A stretch of DNA of 64,000 nucleotides from Nostocoides sp. (lineage in GTDB: Bacteria; Actinomycetota; Actinomycetes; Actinomycetales; Dermatophilaceae), in assembly GCA_016702415.1 (NCBI GenBank), contig JADJEA010000023.1, positions 86,208 through 150,207 on the forward strand. The letters run 5' to 3'. Of this stretch, positions 8,818-16,552 are shown one piece after another. The notes under the pieces are model-generated. The model searched no databases, was not told the origin of the DNA, and was given only the letters and a program-made list of their open reading frames with translations. Position 1 is the first letter of the stretch. The number at the start of each line of letters is the position of its first letter. The translations under genes and the position numbers were made by a program.

Positions 8818-9366
8818 ATGACCCGGATCATCGGCGGCAGTGCGGGTGGGCGCCGAGTGGCGGTCCCGAAGGGCGCGGCGACGCGGCCGACCTCCGATCG
8901 GGTGCGGGAGGCGCTCTTCAACATCCTCGCCGCGCGCGGATTGCCGCGTGGTGTCGCCGTCCTCGATGCGTATGCCGGGTCCGGGGCCCTCGGTCTCGAG
9001 GCGGCCAGCCGGGGCGCGACCCGCGTGGTCTGCGTGGAGTCCCACCGCGCCACCGCCCGCCTCATCGAGGCCAATGCCACGTCCCTGGGTCTGACGGTCC
9101 AGGTCTGCTCGATGCCGGTCGCCGAGTATGCCGCGCGCCCCCCCGACCCGGTCGGGCTCGTCCTCGCCGACCCGCCCTACCCGATGAGCGAGGACGACCT
9201 GGCCAGGGATGTGGCGGCGCTCGTGGACGGTGGTCATGTCGAGCCGGGCGGGTTGCTCGTCATCGAGCGTTCGACCCGGTCGCCGCAGCCACGATGGCCC
9301 GCGGGGGTCGTCGCGGAGCCGGTCCGCAGGTATGGCGAGACGGCCCTGTGGCTGGGGACTTGCTAG
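8818..9366 (+). CDS. rsmD: 16S rRNA (guanine966-N2)-methyltransferase RsmD
   Basis: ATG 8818 is in the frame of ORF 8527..9366. Matching segments are MTRIIGGSAGGRRV, RPTSDRVREALFN, LDAYAGSGALGLEAASRGA and the DPPY motif. Confidence 0.9.
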   Translation: MTRIIGGSAGGRRVAVPKGAATRPTSDRVREALFNILAARGLPRGVAVLDAYAGSGALGLEAASRGATRVVCVESHRATARLIEANATSLGLTVQVCSMPVAEYAARPPDPVGLVLADPPYPMSEDDLARDVAALVDGGHVEPGGLLVIERSTRSPQPRWPAGVVAEPVRRYGETALWLGTC

Positions 9367-9376
9367 GTTGCCAGTC

Positions 9377-9853
9377 GTGTCGCTCGCCCTGTGCCCCGGT
9401 TCCTACGACCCGGTGACCGTCGGTCATCTCGACGTGATCGGCCGGGCCGCCACCCTCTTCGATGAGGTGCTCGTCGCCATCCTCCACAACCCGGCCAAGC
9501 AGGGCACCTTCCCGGTGGAGCAGCGGATCGCGTTCATCGAGGAGGCGACCGCGGCACTGCCCGGGGTGCGCGTGGCGGCATACTCCGGCCGGCTGATCGT
9601 CGACGTCGCGCGGGAGGTGGGCGCCACTTGTCTGCTCAAGGGCCTTCGGGGAGAGCCGGACTTCGCCTACGAGGTGCCGATGGCGGGCATGAATCGCGCA
9701 CTCACGGGGATCGAGACGCTCTTTCTCCTCGGCGACCCCGCCACCGCGCACATCTCCAGCAGCCTGGTCAAGGAGGTCGCGCGCTTCGGCGGGGACATCC
9801 GGGGGATGGTGCCCGATCCGGTGCTGGCCGCCCTCGCCGCCCGCGGCCTCTGA
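9377..9853 (+). CDS. coaD: pantetheine-phosphate adenylyltransferase
   Basis: GTG 9377 is in the frame of ORF 9209..9853. Matching segments are CPGSYDPVTVGHLDVIGRA and ISSSLVKEV. Confidence 0.95.
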   Translation: MSLALCPGSYDPVTVGHLDVIGRAATLFDEVLVAILHNPAKQGTFPVEQRIAFIEEATAALPGVRVAAYSGRLIVDVAREVGATCLLKGLRGEPDFAYEVPMAGMNRALTGIETLFLLGDPATAHISSSLVKEVARFGGDIRGMVPDPVLAALAARGL

Positions 9854-9976
9854 CGGCGACGCCAGCGCGGGCCGGCCTTGGATTTGGGGGGCCGACCGGC
9901 CAGACCCTATTGTTGACCCTTGGTCTGCGTCGCGCTCGTGACGTCGTCCGAATCCGATGAACACCGAGCTGGAGCC

Positions 9977-10564
9977 ATGACGCGACTCGACCCCCGCTCG
10001 CCCCTGGTGGTCGACACCACGGAGCTGAGCCGCCGAGCGGGATCGATGCGCACCCTCTCCCGCACGGTGGAGTTCCCCGACAATGTCGGCACCGAGGTGA
10101 TCTCCGTGCCCGCCGGTTCGCCGGTCGAGCTGGAGTTGCGTCTGGAGTCGGTCATGGAAGGGGTGCTCGTCACCGGGTCGGCCGATGCGCTCGCGGCCGG
10201 CTTGTGCGTGCGGTGCCTGGAACCTCTCACCCAACGGGTGAGCGCTCCGGTGCAGGAACTGTTCGTCCATGCCGACCGCGCCGTCCACAACCGCGAGATC
10301 GGGGCGACCGAGGAAGACACGGAGGAGTACGTCCTCGTCGACGATCTGATCGACCTTGCGCCGGTCCTTGTCGACGCGCTCGTCCCTGCGCTGCCCTTCC
10401 AACCGGTGTGCCGGGCCGACTGCCCGGGGTTGTGTCCGCAGTGCGGCCAGCCTCTGGCGGACGATCCCGGTCACTCGCACGAGACGCTCGACCCTCGCTG
10501 GTCGGCACTGACCCATCTGGCGTCCCCGGCCCAGCCCGAGGACCCACCGACGAAAGGGACCTGA
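9977..10564 (+). CDS. YceD/DUF177 family protein (23S rRNA accumulation protein), upstream of rpmF
   Basis: ATG 9977 is in the frame of ORF 9920..10564. Cys motifs are CVRCLEP and CRADCPGLCPQCG. The position before rpmF is the conserved one. Confidence 0.85.
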   Translation: MTRLDPRSPLVVDTTELSRRAGSMRTLSRTVEFPDNVGTEVISVPAGSPVELELRLESVMEGVLVTGSADALAAGLCVRCLEPLTQRVSAPVQELFVHADRAVHNREIGATEEDTEEYVLVDDLIDLAPVLVDALVPALPFQPVCRADCPGLCPQCGQPLADDPGHSHETLDPRWSALTHLASPAQPEDPPTKGT

Positions 10565-10565
10565 C

Positions 10566-10760
10566 GTGGCCGTTCCCAAGCGGAAGACCTCGCGATCCAA
10601 CACCCGTTCCCGCCGCGCCAACTGGAAGGCCGCGCCGGTCACCTTGACGACCTGCCCCGCCTGCAAGTCGCCGGCGCAGCCGCATATCGCCTGCCCCAAC
10701 TGCGGCTCCTATGACGGCCGCCGGTATGCCGTGGCCGAGCGGACCGAGCACCAGGCCTAG
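10566..10760 (+). CDS. rpmF: 50S ribosomal protein L32
   Basis: MAVPKRKTSRSNTRSRRANWK...CPACKSPAQPHIACPNCGSY. Confidence 0.95.
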   Translation: MAVPKRKTSRSNTRSRRANWKAAPVTLTTCPACKSPAQPHIACPNCGSYDGRRYAVAERTEHQA

Positions 10761-10772
10761 TCCGAGATCGTC

Positions 10773-11489
10773 ATGGAGCGGCCGGTGGCGCAGTTGTGCG
10801 CGCAACTCGCCGAGGTGACCGGGGGACCGGTCGTGGAGTCGCTGGTCGAACTGGCCGTCACGCATCGCTCGTTCGCGTACGAGAACGGCGGTGTGCCGCA
10901 CAACGAGCGGCTGGAGTTCCTCGGCGACTCCGTCCTCGGTCTCGTTGTCACCGACACCCTGTTTCGGGCGCACCCGGACAAGAGCGAAGGCCATCTCGCC
11001 AAGCTGCGCGCGGCCGTGGTCAACATGCGCGCGTTGGCCGAGGTGGGACGCACCATCGGGCTGGGCGATTTTGTCCGTCTCGGTCGGGGTGAGCAGACCA
11101 CCGGAGGCCGAGACAAGGCGTCGATCCTCGCCGACACCACCGAGGCCATCATCGGTGCCGTCTATCTCGGTGACGGTATGGAGGCGGCGGCCCGCCTGGT
11201 CCATCACCTTCTGGATCCGCTGCTGGCCCACTCGGCCGCGCTCGGCGCCGCGCTGGACTGGAAGACCTCGCTCCAGGAGGCGTCCGCCGCCCGGGAACTC
11301 GGTGGCGTGGAGTATCACATCGAGGACACCGGCCCCGAGCACGAGAAGGTGTTCACCGCCAGCGCCGTCGTCGGCGGCGATGTCCTCGGCACCGGCACCG
11401 GGCGAACCAAGAAGGACGCCGAGCAGGAGGCCGCCGCCCAAGCGTGGCGCGCGCTTCAGGAGCACGCGCACGCCCCGGACCCGGCGTGA
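10773..11489 (+). CDS. rnc: ribonuclease III
   Basis: The RNase III signature [12 protein letters not shown] is present, followed by a C-terminal dsRBD ([16 protein letters not shown]...[12 protein letters not shown]). Confidence 0.95.
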   Translation: MERPVAQLCAQLAEVTGGPVVESLVELAVTHRSFAYENGGVPHNERLEFLGDSVLGLVVTDTLFRAHPDKSEGHLAKLRAAVVNMRALAEVGRTIGLGDFVRLGRGEQTTGGRDKASILADTTEAIIGAVYLGDGMEAAARLVHHLLDPLLAHSAALGAALDWKTSLQEASAARELGGVEYHIEDTGPEHEKVFTASAVVGGDVLGTGTGRTKKDAEQEAAAQAWRALQEHAHAPDPA

Positions 11490-11507
11490 TCACGTCCCGG
11501 TCCTGAC

Positions 11508-12359
11508 ATGCCGGAACTACCCGAAGTCGAAGTGGTCCGTCGCGGCCTGGCTGCTCATGTCGTCGGCCGGACGATCATGGACGCCCGCTTCTCGGGTCAT
11601 CGCGTGGCTCGGCGCCACCTCGCCGGACCTCTCGATCTCGGCCACCGGCTGCGCGACCGCCCCGTGCTCCACGTGGCGCGCCGGGGGAAATACCTCTGGC
11701 TCGTCCTGGACGGTGACGAGGCCCTCCTGGTCCATCTCGGCATGAGCGGCCAGATGCTCGTCAGCGACCCCACGGCTCCTGACCAGCCCCATGTGCACGG
11801 CCGATTCGATCTCGACTCGGGTGTCCAGGTCCGGTTCGTCGACCAGCGAACCTTCGGCGGGTTCGCCCTCGCGGCCGTGGGGGCGGACGGCATACCGGAT
11901 CCGATCCGGCATATCGCCCGCGACCCCTTCGACCCGGCATTCGATGCGTCAGCCACCGCCGCCCGAATCGTGCGGTCGAGCAGCGGCATCAAACGGCTCC
12001 TGCTCAACCAGAGCGTGGTGTCCGGGATCGGCAACATCTATGCCGACGAGTCGCTCTGGCTGGCGCGCCTGCACGCCGAACGTCCGGGCGACCGGCTGAC
12101 CCGGCCGGCGGTGGTGCGCTTGCTGGGCTCGGCGAGGGACGTCATGGCGGGGGCGCTCGATCAGGGCGGCACGAGCTTCGACGCACTCTATGTGAATGTG
12201 AACGGGCAGTCGGGCTACTTCGACAGATCCTTGAACGCCTACGGACAGGCGGGCCGCCCGTGCCGTCGCTGCGAGACGCCGATCGTGCGTGAGCACTTCA
12301 TGAACAGGTCGAGCTTTTCCTGCCCGCGCTGTCAGCCGCGACCCCGCGCCAGTGGGTAG
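11508..12359 (+). CDS. mutM: formamidopyrimidine-DNA glycosylase
   Basis: [15 protein letters not shown]-terminus, H2TH region, and C-terminal zinc finger CRRCETPI...CPRCQ. Confidence 0.95.
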   Translation: MPELPEVEVVRRGLAAHVVGRTIMDARFSGHRVARRHLAGPLDLGHRLRDRPVLHVARRGKYLWLVLDGDEALLVHLGMSGQMLVSDPTAPDQPHVHGRFDLDSGVQVRFVDQRTFGGFALAAVGADGIPDPIRHIARDPFDPAFDASATAARIVRSSSGIKRLLLNQSVVSGIGNIYADESLWLARLHAERPGDRLTRPAVVRLLGSARDVMAGALDQGGTSFDALYVNVNGQSGYFDRSLNAYGQAGRPCRRCETPIVREHFMNRSSFSCPRCQPRPRASG

Positions 12360-12459
12360 CCAGGACTCGCGCCAGACCAGACCCCCCGTTGCAGGTGGAC
12401 GGTCCAAGGCTGTCGGGTCCGGCGGCCTCCGACCGACAACCGAAAGGACGGAACATCCT

Positions 12460-12651
12460 GTGCGACTCTCCATCGACATCGACCTGGCTAGTCTGCCGTC
12501 TGACACAGCAGCCGAAATGGGACGCATCCTTCGTTACTGGGCTGGCGCGTTGGCTCAGATGGACCTCTCCGAGCCCGCCGAGTACCCCCTGATGAACTCC
12601 ACGTACGACACCCAGGTCGGCACGCTGCGGCTGAGCCGCGACGAGGGATGA
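12460..12651 (+). CDS. small hypothetical protein (63 aa), first gene of a lower-GC islet
   Basis: GTG 12460 is preceded by the RBS AAAGGA (12446-12451) and lies in the frame of ORF 12352..12651. GC is visibly lower than in flanking genes. No recognisable domain. Confidence 0.4.
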   Translation: MRLSIDIDLASLPSDTAAEMGRILRYWAGALAQMDLSEPAEYPLMNSTYDTQVGTLRLSRDEG

Positions 12652-12676
12652 ATGGAGCAGATTGGCGGTCGAGCAA

Positions 12677-13003
12677 TCAGCCGCCGACGCCGAGGATGAC
12701 CAAGAGCCGCCGTTCGAACTCGACGAACGTGGTGGCCTCCACGTGGCCGATGACGCTGTGGACGTTGGTGCGTCGCACAGTGGTGACCTTGTCGATCATG
12801 AGGTAGTAGTCCTTGTCCAAGCCATTGCCATCATCGGCCGGGACAGCTACGCGGAGCAGCGGTGCATCCACCGCGGTCGTGGTGAATGGGCAGACGGTTA
12901 CGGAGTCGGTGGCATCGAACCGGTCGTCCTGAATCACCAGTGCTGGCCGTGGCTTGCTCGCGTAGACGCCACCTGCGACGGTGACGATGTCACCGCGCCT
13001 CAC
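12677..13003 (-). CDS. type II toxin, PemK/MazF family endoribonuclease
   Basis: MRRGDIVTVAGGVYASKPRPALVIQDDRFDATDSVTVCPFTT... is the typical MazF/PemK N-terminal signature. Its GTG start overlaps the antitoxin stop (GTGA). Confidence 0.85.
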   Translation of the reverse strand: MRRGDIVTVAGGVYASKPRPALVIQDDRFDATDSVTVCPFTTTAVDAPLLRVAVPADDGNGLDKDYYLMIDKVTTVRRTNVHSVIGHVEATTFVEFERRLLVILGVGG

Positions 13004-13203
13004 TCGGGCCAGTCTTCAGAAATTGCTTCGACGAAGTCCATGTCGTCGGAGGTCTGCGCCGCCGAGGCGACAAGAAGTGCTTGCCGGTGGGCCTCGGCGG
13101 CGAACTCGGGTGATCGTACATCGGGCACCCAGATCTGCACGGGGCGCAAACCCTGTGCTCTCAACTTTGCCCTGTGGGCCTGAACCCGCTCGCGAACAGC
13201 CAT
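13000..13203 (-). CDS. MazE-family antitoxin (DUF3018-type)
   Basis: MAVRERVQAHRAKLRAQGLRPVQIWVPDVRSPEFAAEAHRQALLVA... It overlaps the downstream toxin gene by 4 nt. Confidence 0.8.
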   Translation of the reverse strand: MAVRERVQAHRAKLRAQGLRPVQIWVPDVRSPEFAAEAHRQALLVASAAQTSDDMDFVEAISEDWPE

Positions 13204-13211
13204 GGGTCCAT

Positions 13212-13223
13212 GTTACATGTAAC
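13212..13223. promoter_or_regulatory. perfect 12-bp palindrome GTTACATGTAAC 9 nt upstream of the antitoxin start; candidate TA operator
   Basis: The palindrome is read directly from the sequence. It lies in an AT-richer patch that also contains TGTACA (13245-13250). Confidence 0.45.
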
Positions 13224-13240
13224 GTCCTTGTGCTCGCAGT

Positions 13241-13470
13241 TTACTGTACAAACGTGATACCTCCTACTTGGCGAACATGATCCCCGAAGAGGCTGTTGTC
13301 CGCAGCCGGGTCCCATGAGCATCTGCGGCGAGAGTCGACGTCAGCTTGCGATACCGGAAACGCCTGGCGGACGGGCCTGCGCGGCGAACCCGGCGGGCGC
13401 ATGTCGGGGACCCAGATGTGCACGGGGCCGCGGCCACTGCGCTCTCATCTTGACCATGAGCCGCCGGACC
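13241..13470 (-). pseudogene. decayed second copy of the MazE-like antitoxin plus the first ~15 codons of a MazF-like toxin
   Basis: Minus-strand frames read RRLMVKMRAQWPRPR / VHIWVPDMRPPG / FAAQA...RQA, compared with AHRAKLRAQGLRPVQIWVPDVRSPEFAAEAHRQA in the intact copy. At least two frame changes are needed. A remnant GDHVRQVGGITFVQ* follows, compared with the toxin N-terminus GDIVTVAGGVYAS. Confidence 0.5.
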
Positions 13471-13490
13471 CACCCCAACCCCGCGGCGGC

Positions 13491-13502
13491 GGGGGGGGGG
13501 GG
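13491..13502. repeat. G12 homopolymer tract
   Basis: Read directly: twelve consecutive G after C13490. G-tract-rich DNA follows at 13542-13581. Confidence 0.9.
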
Positions 13503-13786
13503 CAGGCACCTGAGGTTGACGGTTGTAGATTGGGCCTCATCGGGGGAGCGTGGCCGGGGCGCAGGGAAGGGGGGCGGGGGGTCTATGAGGCCAGACAGGG
13601 AAATCACACAACACACCCACCCTTATCAGACGATGGCGTTCTGGCTCAGTCGGCACGGGAGCGACCGCGTGGGCCGACATGCCTGACGTGGGCGGACCCT
13701 GAACAGGCGATGACGGCGTCGTCGGACTAGGTCGACGGCTCCCTGATGCCGCCAAAGGCCAGGCGGCTGGTCCGGTCAGCGGCCGG

Positions 13787-15703
13787 TCAGGGGATAGGGA
13801 GTGGTTTGAGGGTGACGTGTCGGCCGGTATGCCGCTCGGACAGGTCGGCGAGCGCTTGGCGGATCACCTTGGCGTAGAGGTGCTGTCCGGTCATGCTGGG
13901 GTGGATGCCGTCGGGCTGCAGCTGCCCCGGATCGGCGGTCACGGCGGAGTTCCAGTCGGCGACGATGACGTTGGGATGCTCGCCGGCAACCTTGGCCAGC
14001 AGCGCGTTATCGCCGGCGGTCCGCGCCATGTTGAGGTGCAGGTTGACCAGGACGACCATGCGCTGGGGACCGAGCAGTCGCAATGTCTCACGGAGAGACG
14101 TCTCGTCGACGCCCGCATTGGTGCCGAAATCGAGGACAACCGCGCGGCGGATGTTGGCGCCCGAGGCGCGGACCGCGGCCAGGCCGTCACTCCACAGGCG
14201 GTTGGAGCGGGCGTCGATGCGGATGCCGGGGAAGTAGTAGCGCAGAGCGGGCACCGATCCGACGGTCATCGAGTCGCCGTAGACGTCGATGGACTTGCCG
14301 CTCGGCATCCCCCAGGACTGCTTGACTCCCCCCGAGGTCGTGGTGCTGACGCGTGGGCGGGTGGTCGTCGCGGCGGCCGCGTTGGCGTCGATCTGTCGCT
14401 GGGTCGAGGACTGCGACGGTGCCGTGAGCACGATGCCGGCAATGACGAGGAGGACGACGACCAGGAATCCGCCGACCCACTGACGGGCGCTGAACCGGCC
14501 GAGGGACGGCAACCGAAGCACGCGACGGGCGGCCCCCCGCCAGCCGAACCGGCGGACCGGAGACTCAACGAAGCGATAGGACAGGTCGGCGATCGCCAAA
14601 GTGACGACGACACACCAGAGCCGAGAGGTGAGGAATCCCGGACCACCGGGGGCTGTCCTGATGTCTTGGCTGACCACGAGGATGACCGGCCAGTGCCAGA
14701 GATAGATGCCGTAGGAGCGCTCCCCGACCCAACGCAGCGGGGGTAGGTCGAGCACGCGCTGGAAGGTCCCGGGCGTGCTCACGGCGACAGCGACGAGGAC
14801 CGTGGTGGCGGCGCAAGCCAGGGCCAGGCCGCCGCGGAAGGTCCAGGCCGACGCCTCGTCGGCGAACCAGAGCAATCCGCCGAGCGTGGCCAACGCTCCC
14901 AGGGTGACCGGTCGACGCAGGCGCGCCCAGCGCTCGGAGGCGAAGAAGGCGCGGTCGGGACCGGCATACGCGAAGGCGAGCGCGGCCCCGAACATCAGCC
15001 CCATCAGGTGGGTGTCGGTCCCGTAGTAGACGCGCGTCGCGCCGGCACCCGGCTGGAACCGGACCGCCATGGCGACGGTCGAGGCGAGCCCGGTAGCGAG
15101 GGCGACAAGCGCCCGGGTCCGTGGTCGTCGAACGGCGGTGAGCAGGGCCAGGGTCACCAGCGGCCACACGAGATAGAACTGCTCCTCGACCGCCAACGAC
15201 CAGAGGTTCATGAACAGCTGCGGCGTCGTCGCGTGGAAGTAGTCGGACCCGGCGGCGATCTCCAGCCAGTTGGTGGAGAACGTCAGCGCCCCGAGGATCT
15301 GCCGACCGATGCCGACCAACAGGTCGGTCTCGACGAGCCGGGCGAGCACGACGCTGACAGGGACGCACACGAGCAACGCCGGGAGCAGGCGGCGGGCCCG
15401 CCGCCCCCAGAACGCCCGGAGGTCGACCCGTCCGGACGAGGCGCGCTCGCGCACCAGCAAGGTCGTGATGAGGAAGCCGGACACGACGAAGAAGATGTCG
15501 ACCCCGAGATAACCGCCGGGCAACCAGCCGGGGTTGAGGTGGAACACGAGCACGGCGGCGATGGCCAGGGCGCGCAGTCCGTCGAGACCGTGCAGACGGT
15601 CCCCCTGCGCATCGGGGGCGGTGCCGACGGCTTGGCTACGGGCGTCGGCATGGGTCCGCGAGCGGGGGTCGGTCCGGCGGGCCGGATCGGCGAGTGCGGT
15701 CAT
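13787..15703 (-). CDS. acyltransferase-3 family membrane protein with C-terminal SGNH-hydrolase-like domain (OafA/PatA-like O-acyltransferase)
   Basis: 638-aa ORF. The N-terminal ~380 aa are polytopic (GLDGLRALAIAAVLVFHL..., YLWHWPV). The C-terminal soluble domain has VYGDSMTVG and a DGIHPS-like block. Confidence 0.85.
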   Translation of the reverse strand: MTALADPARRTDPRSRTHADARSQAVGTAPDAQGDRLHGLDGLRALAIAAVLVFHLNPGWLPGGYLGVDIFFVVSGFLITTLLVRERASSGRVDLRAFWGRRARRLLPALLVCVPVSVVLARLVETDLLVGIGRQILGALTFSTNWLEIAAGSDYFHATTPQLFMNLWSLAVEEQFYLVWPLVTLALLTAVRRPRTRALVALATGLASTVAMAVRFQPGAGATRVYYGTDTHLMGLMFGAALAFAYAGPDRAFFASERWARLRRPVTLGALATLGGLLWFADEASAWTFRGGLALACAATTVLVAVAVSTPGTFQRVLDLPPLRWVGERSYGIYLWHWPVILVVSQDIRTAPGGPGFLTSRLWCVVVTLAIADLSYRFVESPVRRFGWRGAARRVLRLPSLGRFSARQWVGGFLVVVLLVIAGIVLTAPSQSSTQRQIDANAAAATTTRPRVSTTTSGGVKQSWGMPSGKSIDVYGDSMTVGSVPALRYYFPGIRIDARSNRLWSDGLAAVRASGANIRRAVVLDFGTNAGVDETSLRETLRLLGPQRMVVLVNLHLNMARTAGDNALLAKVAGEHPNVIVADWNSAVTADPGQLQPDGIHPSMTGQHLYAKVIRQALADLSERHTGRHVTLKPLPIP

Positions 15704-15808
15704 GCCGGGCCTCCTTCACAGTCGATAGATCACCTTGGTGTCACCGTAGAGTGGGGCACCGACAGCCCGTGGAAGCCACGCGGGTGAGACCGGAAGGCGG
15801 GTGCCGAG

Positions 15809-16099
15809 ATGACCGAGACGGTCCGCATGGTGGTCTTCGTCTCCGGCCTGGTCCAGGGCGTCGGCTTCCGTTGGTGGACGCGCACGCATGCCCTGGAGTT
15901 GGGCCTCGCGGGCCGGGCCCGCAACACCGACGACGGTCGCGTCGAGGTGGAGGCCGAGGGCACTCGGGAGGCCTGCGAGCAGCTTCTCGATCTGCTCACC
16001 GAATGGCCCTCGATGCACCGCCGACCCGGCCGCGTGAGCTTCGTCTCCGGACCCCAGTGGGGCACCGGACGGGGCCTGAGCGGCTTTACCGAAGCCTGA
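15809..16099 (+). CDS. acyP: acylphosphatase
   Basis: VFVSGLVQGVGFRWWT...GLAGRARNTDDGRVEVEAEG. Confidence 0.9.
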   Translation: MTETVRMVVFVSGLVQGVGFRWWTRTHALELGLAGRARNTDDGRVEVEAEGTREACEQLLDLLTEWPSMHRRPGRVSFVSGPQWGTGRGLSGFTEA

Positions 16100-16158
16100 C
16101 GGCGTCTCACGCTCCTGACCGGGCAGGCCGATCCCGTCCGCCGTCCTAGGATGGCGAC

Positions 16159-16500
16159 GTGGGTGAGAACGCTCCCGCCGGGACCGCGCAGGACGACCTC
16201 ATGCGCCTGCGCGCCACCATCGACAATGTCGACGCCGCCCTGGTCCATTTGCTCGCCGAGCGGTTCAAGGCCACCCAGGCGGTCGGTCGCCTCAAGGCTT
16301 CCGCCGGTATGCCGCCCGCCGACCCCGCGCGCGAGGAACGCCAGATCGCTCGCCTGCGCAGCCTCGCCCAAGAGGCCGGGCTCGATCCCCAGTTCGCCGA
16401 GAAGTTCCTCGCCTTCATCATCGCCGAGGTGATCCGCCACCACGAGGCGATCAGCGCGGCGCACGGCTCGCCGGGGGAGTCCGGCTCCGCGGGGAGCTGA
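16159..16500 (+). CDS. chorismate mutase (AroQ class)
   Basis: LMRLRATIDNVDAALVHLLAERFKATQAVGRLK...PAREERQIARL...FLAFIIAEVIRHH. Confidence 0.85.
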   Translation: MGENAPAGTAQDDLMRLRATIDNVDAALVHLLAERFKATQAVGRLKASAGMPPADPAREERQIARLRSLAQEAGLDPQFAEKFLAFIIAEVIRHHEAISAAHGSPGESGSAGS

Positions 16501-16552
16501 GCACCCGGCGGTTACAGTGGGGCGCTGATCCCCCGCGTGCCGAAGGACCCGA

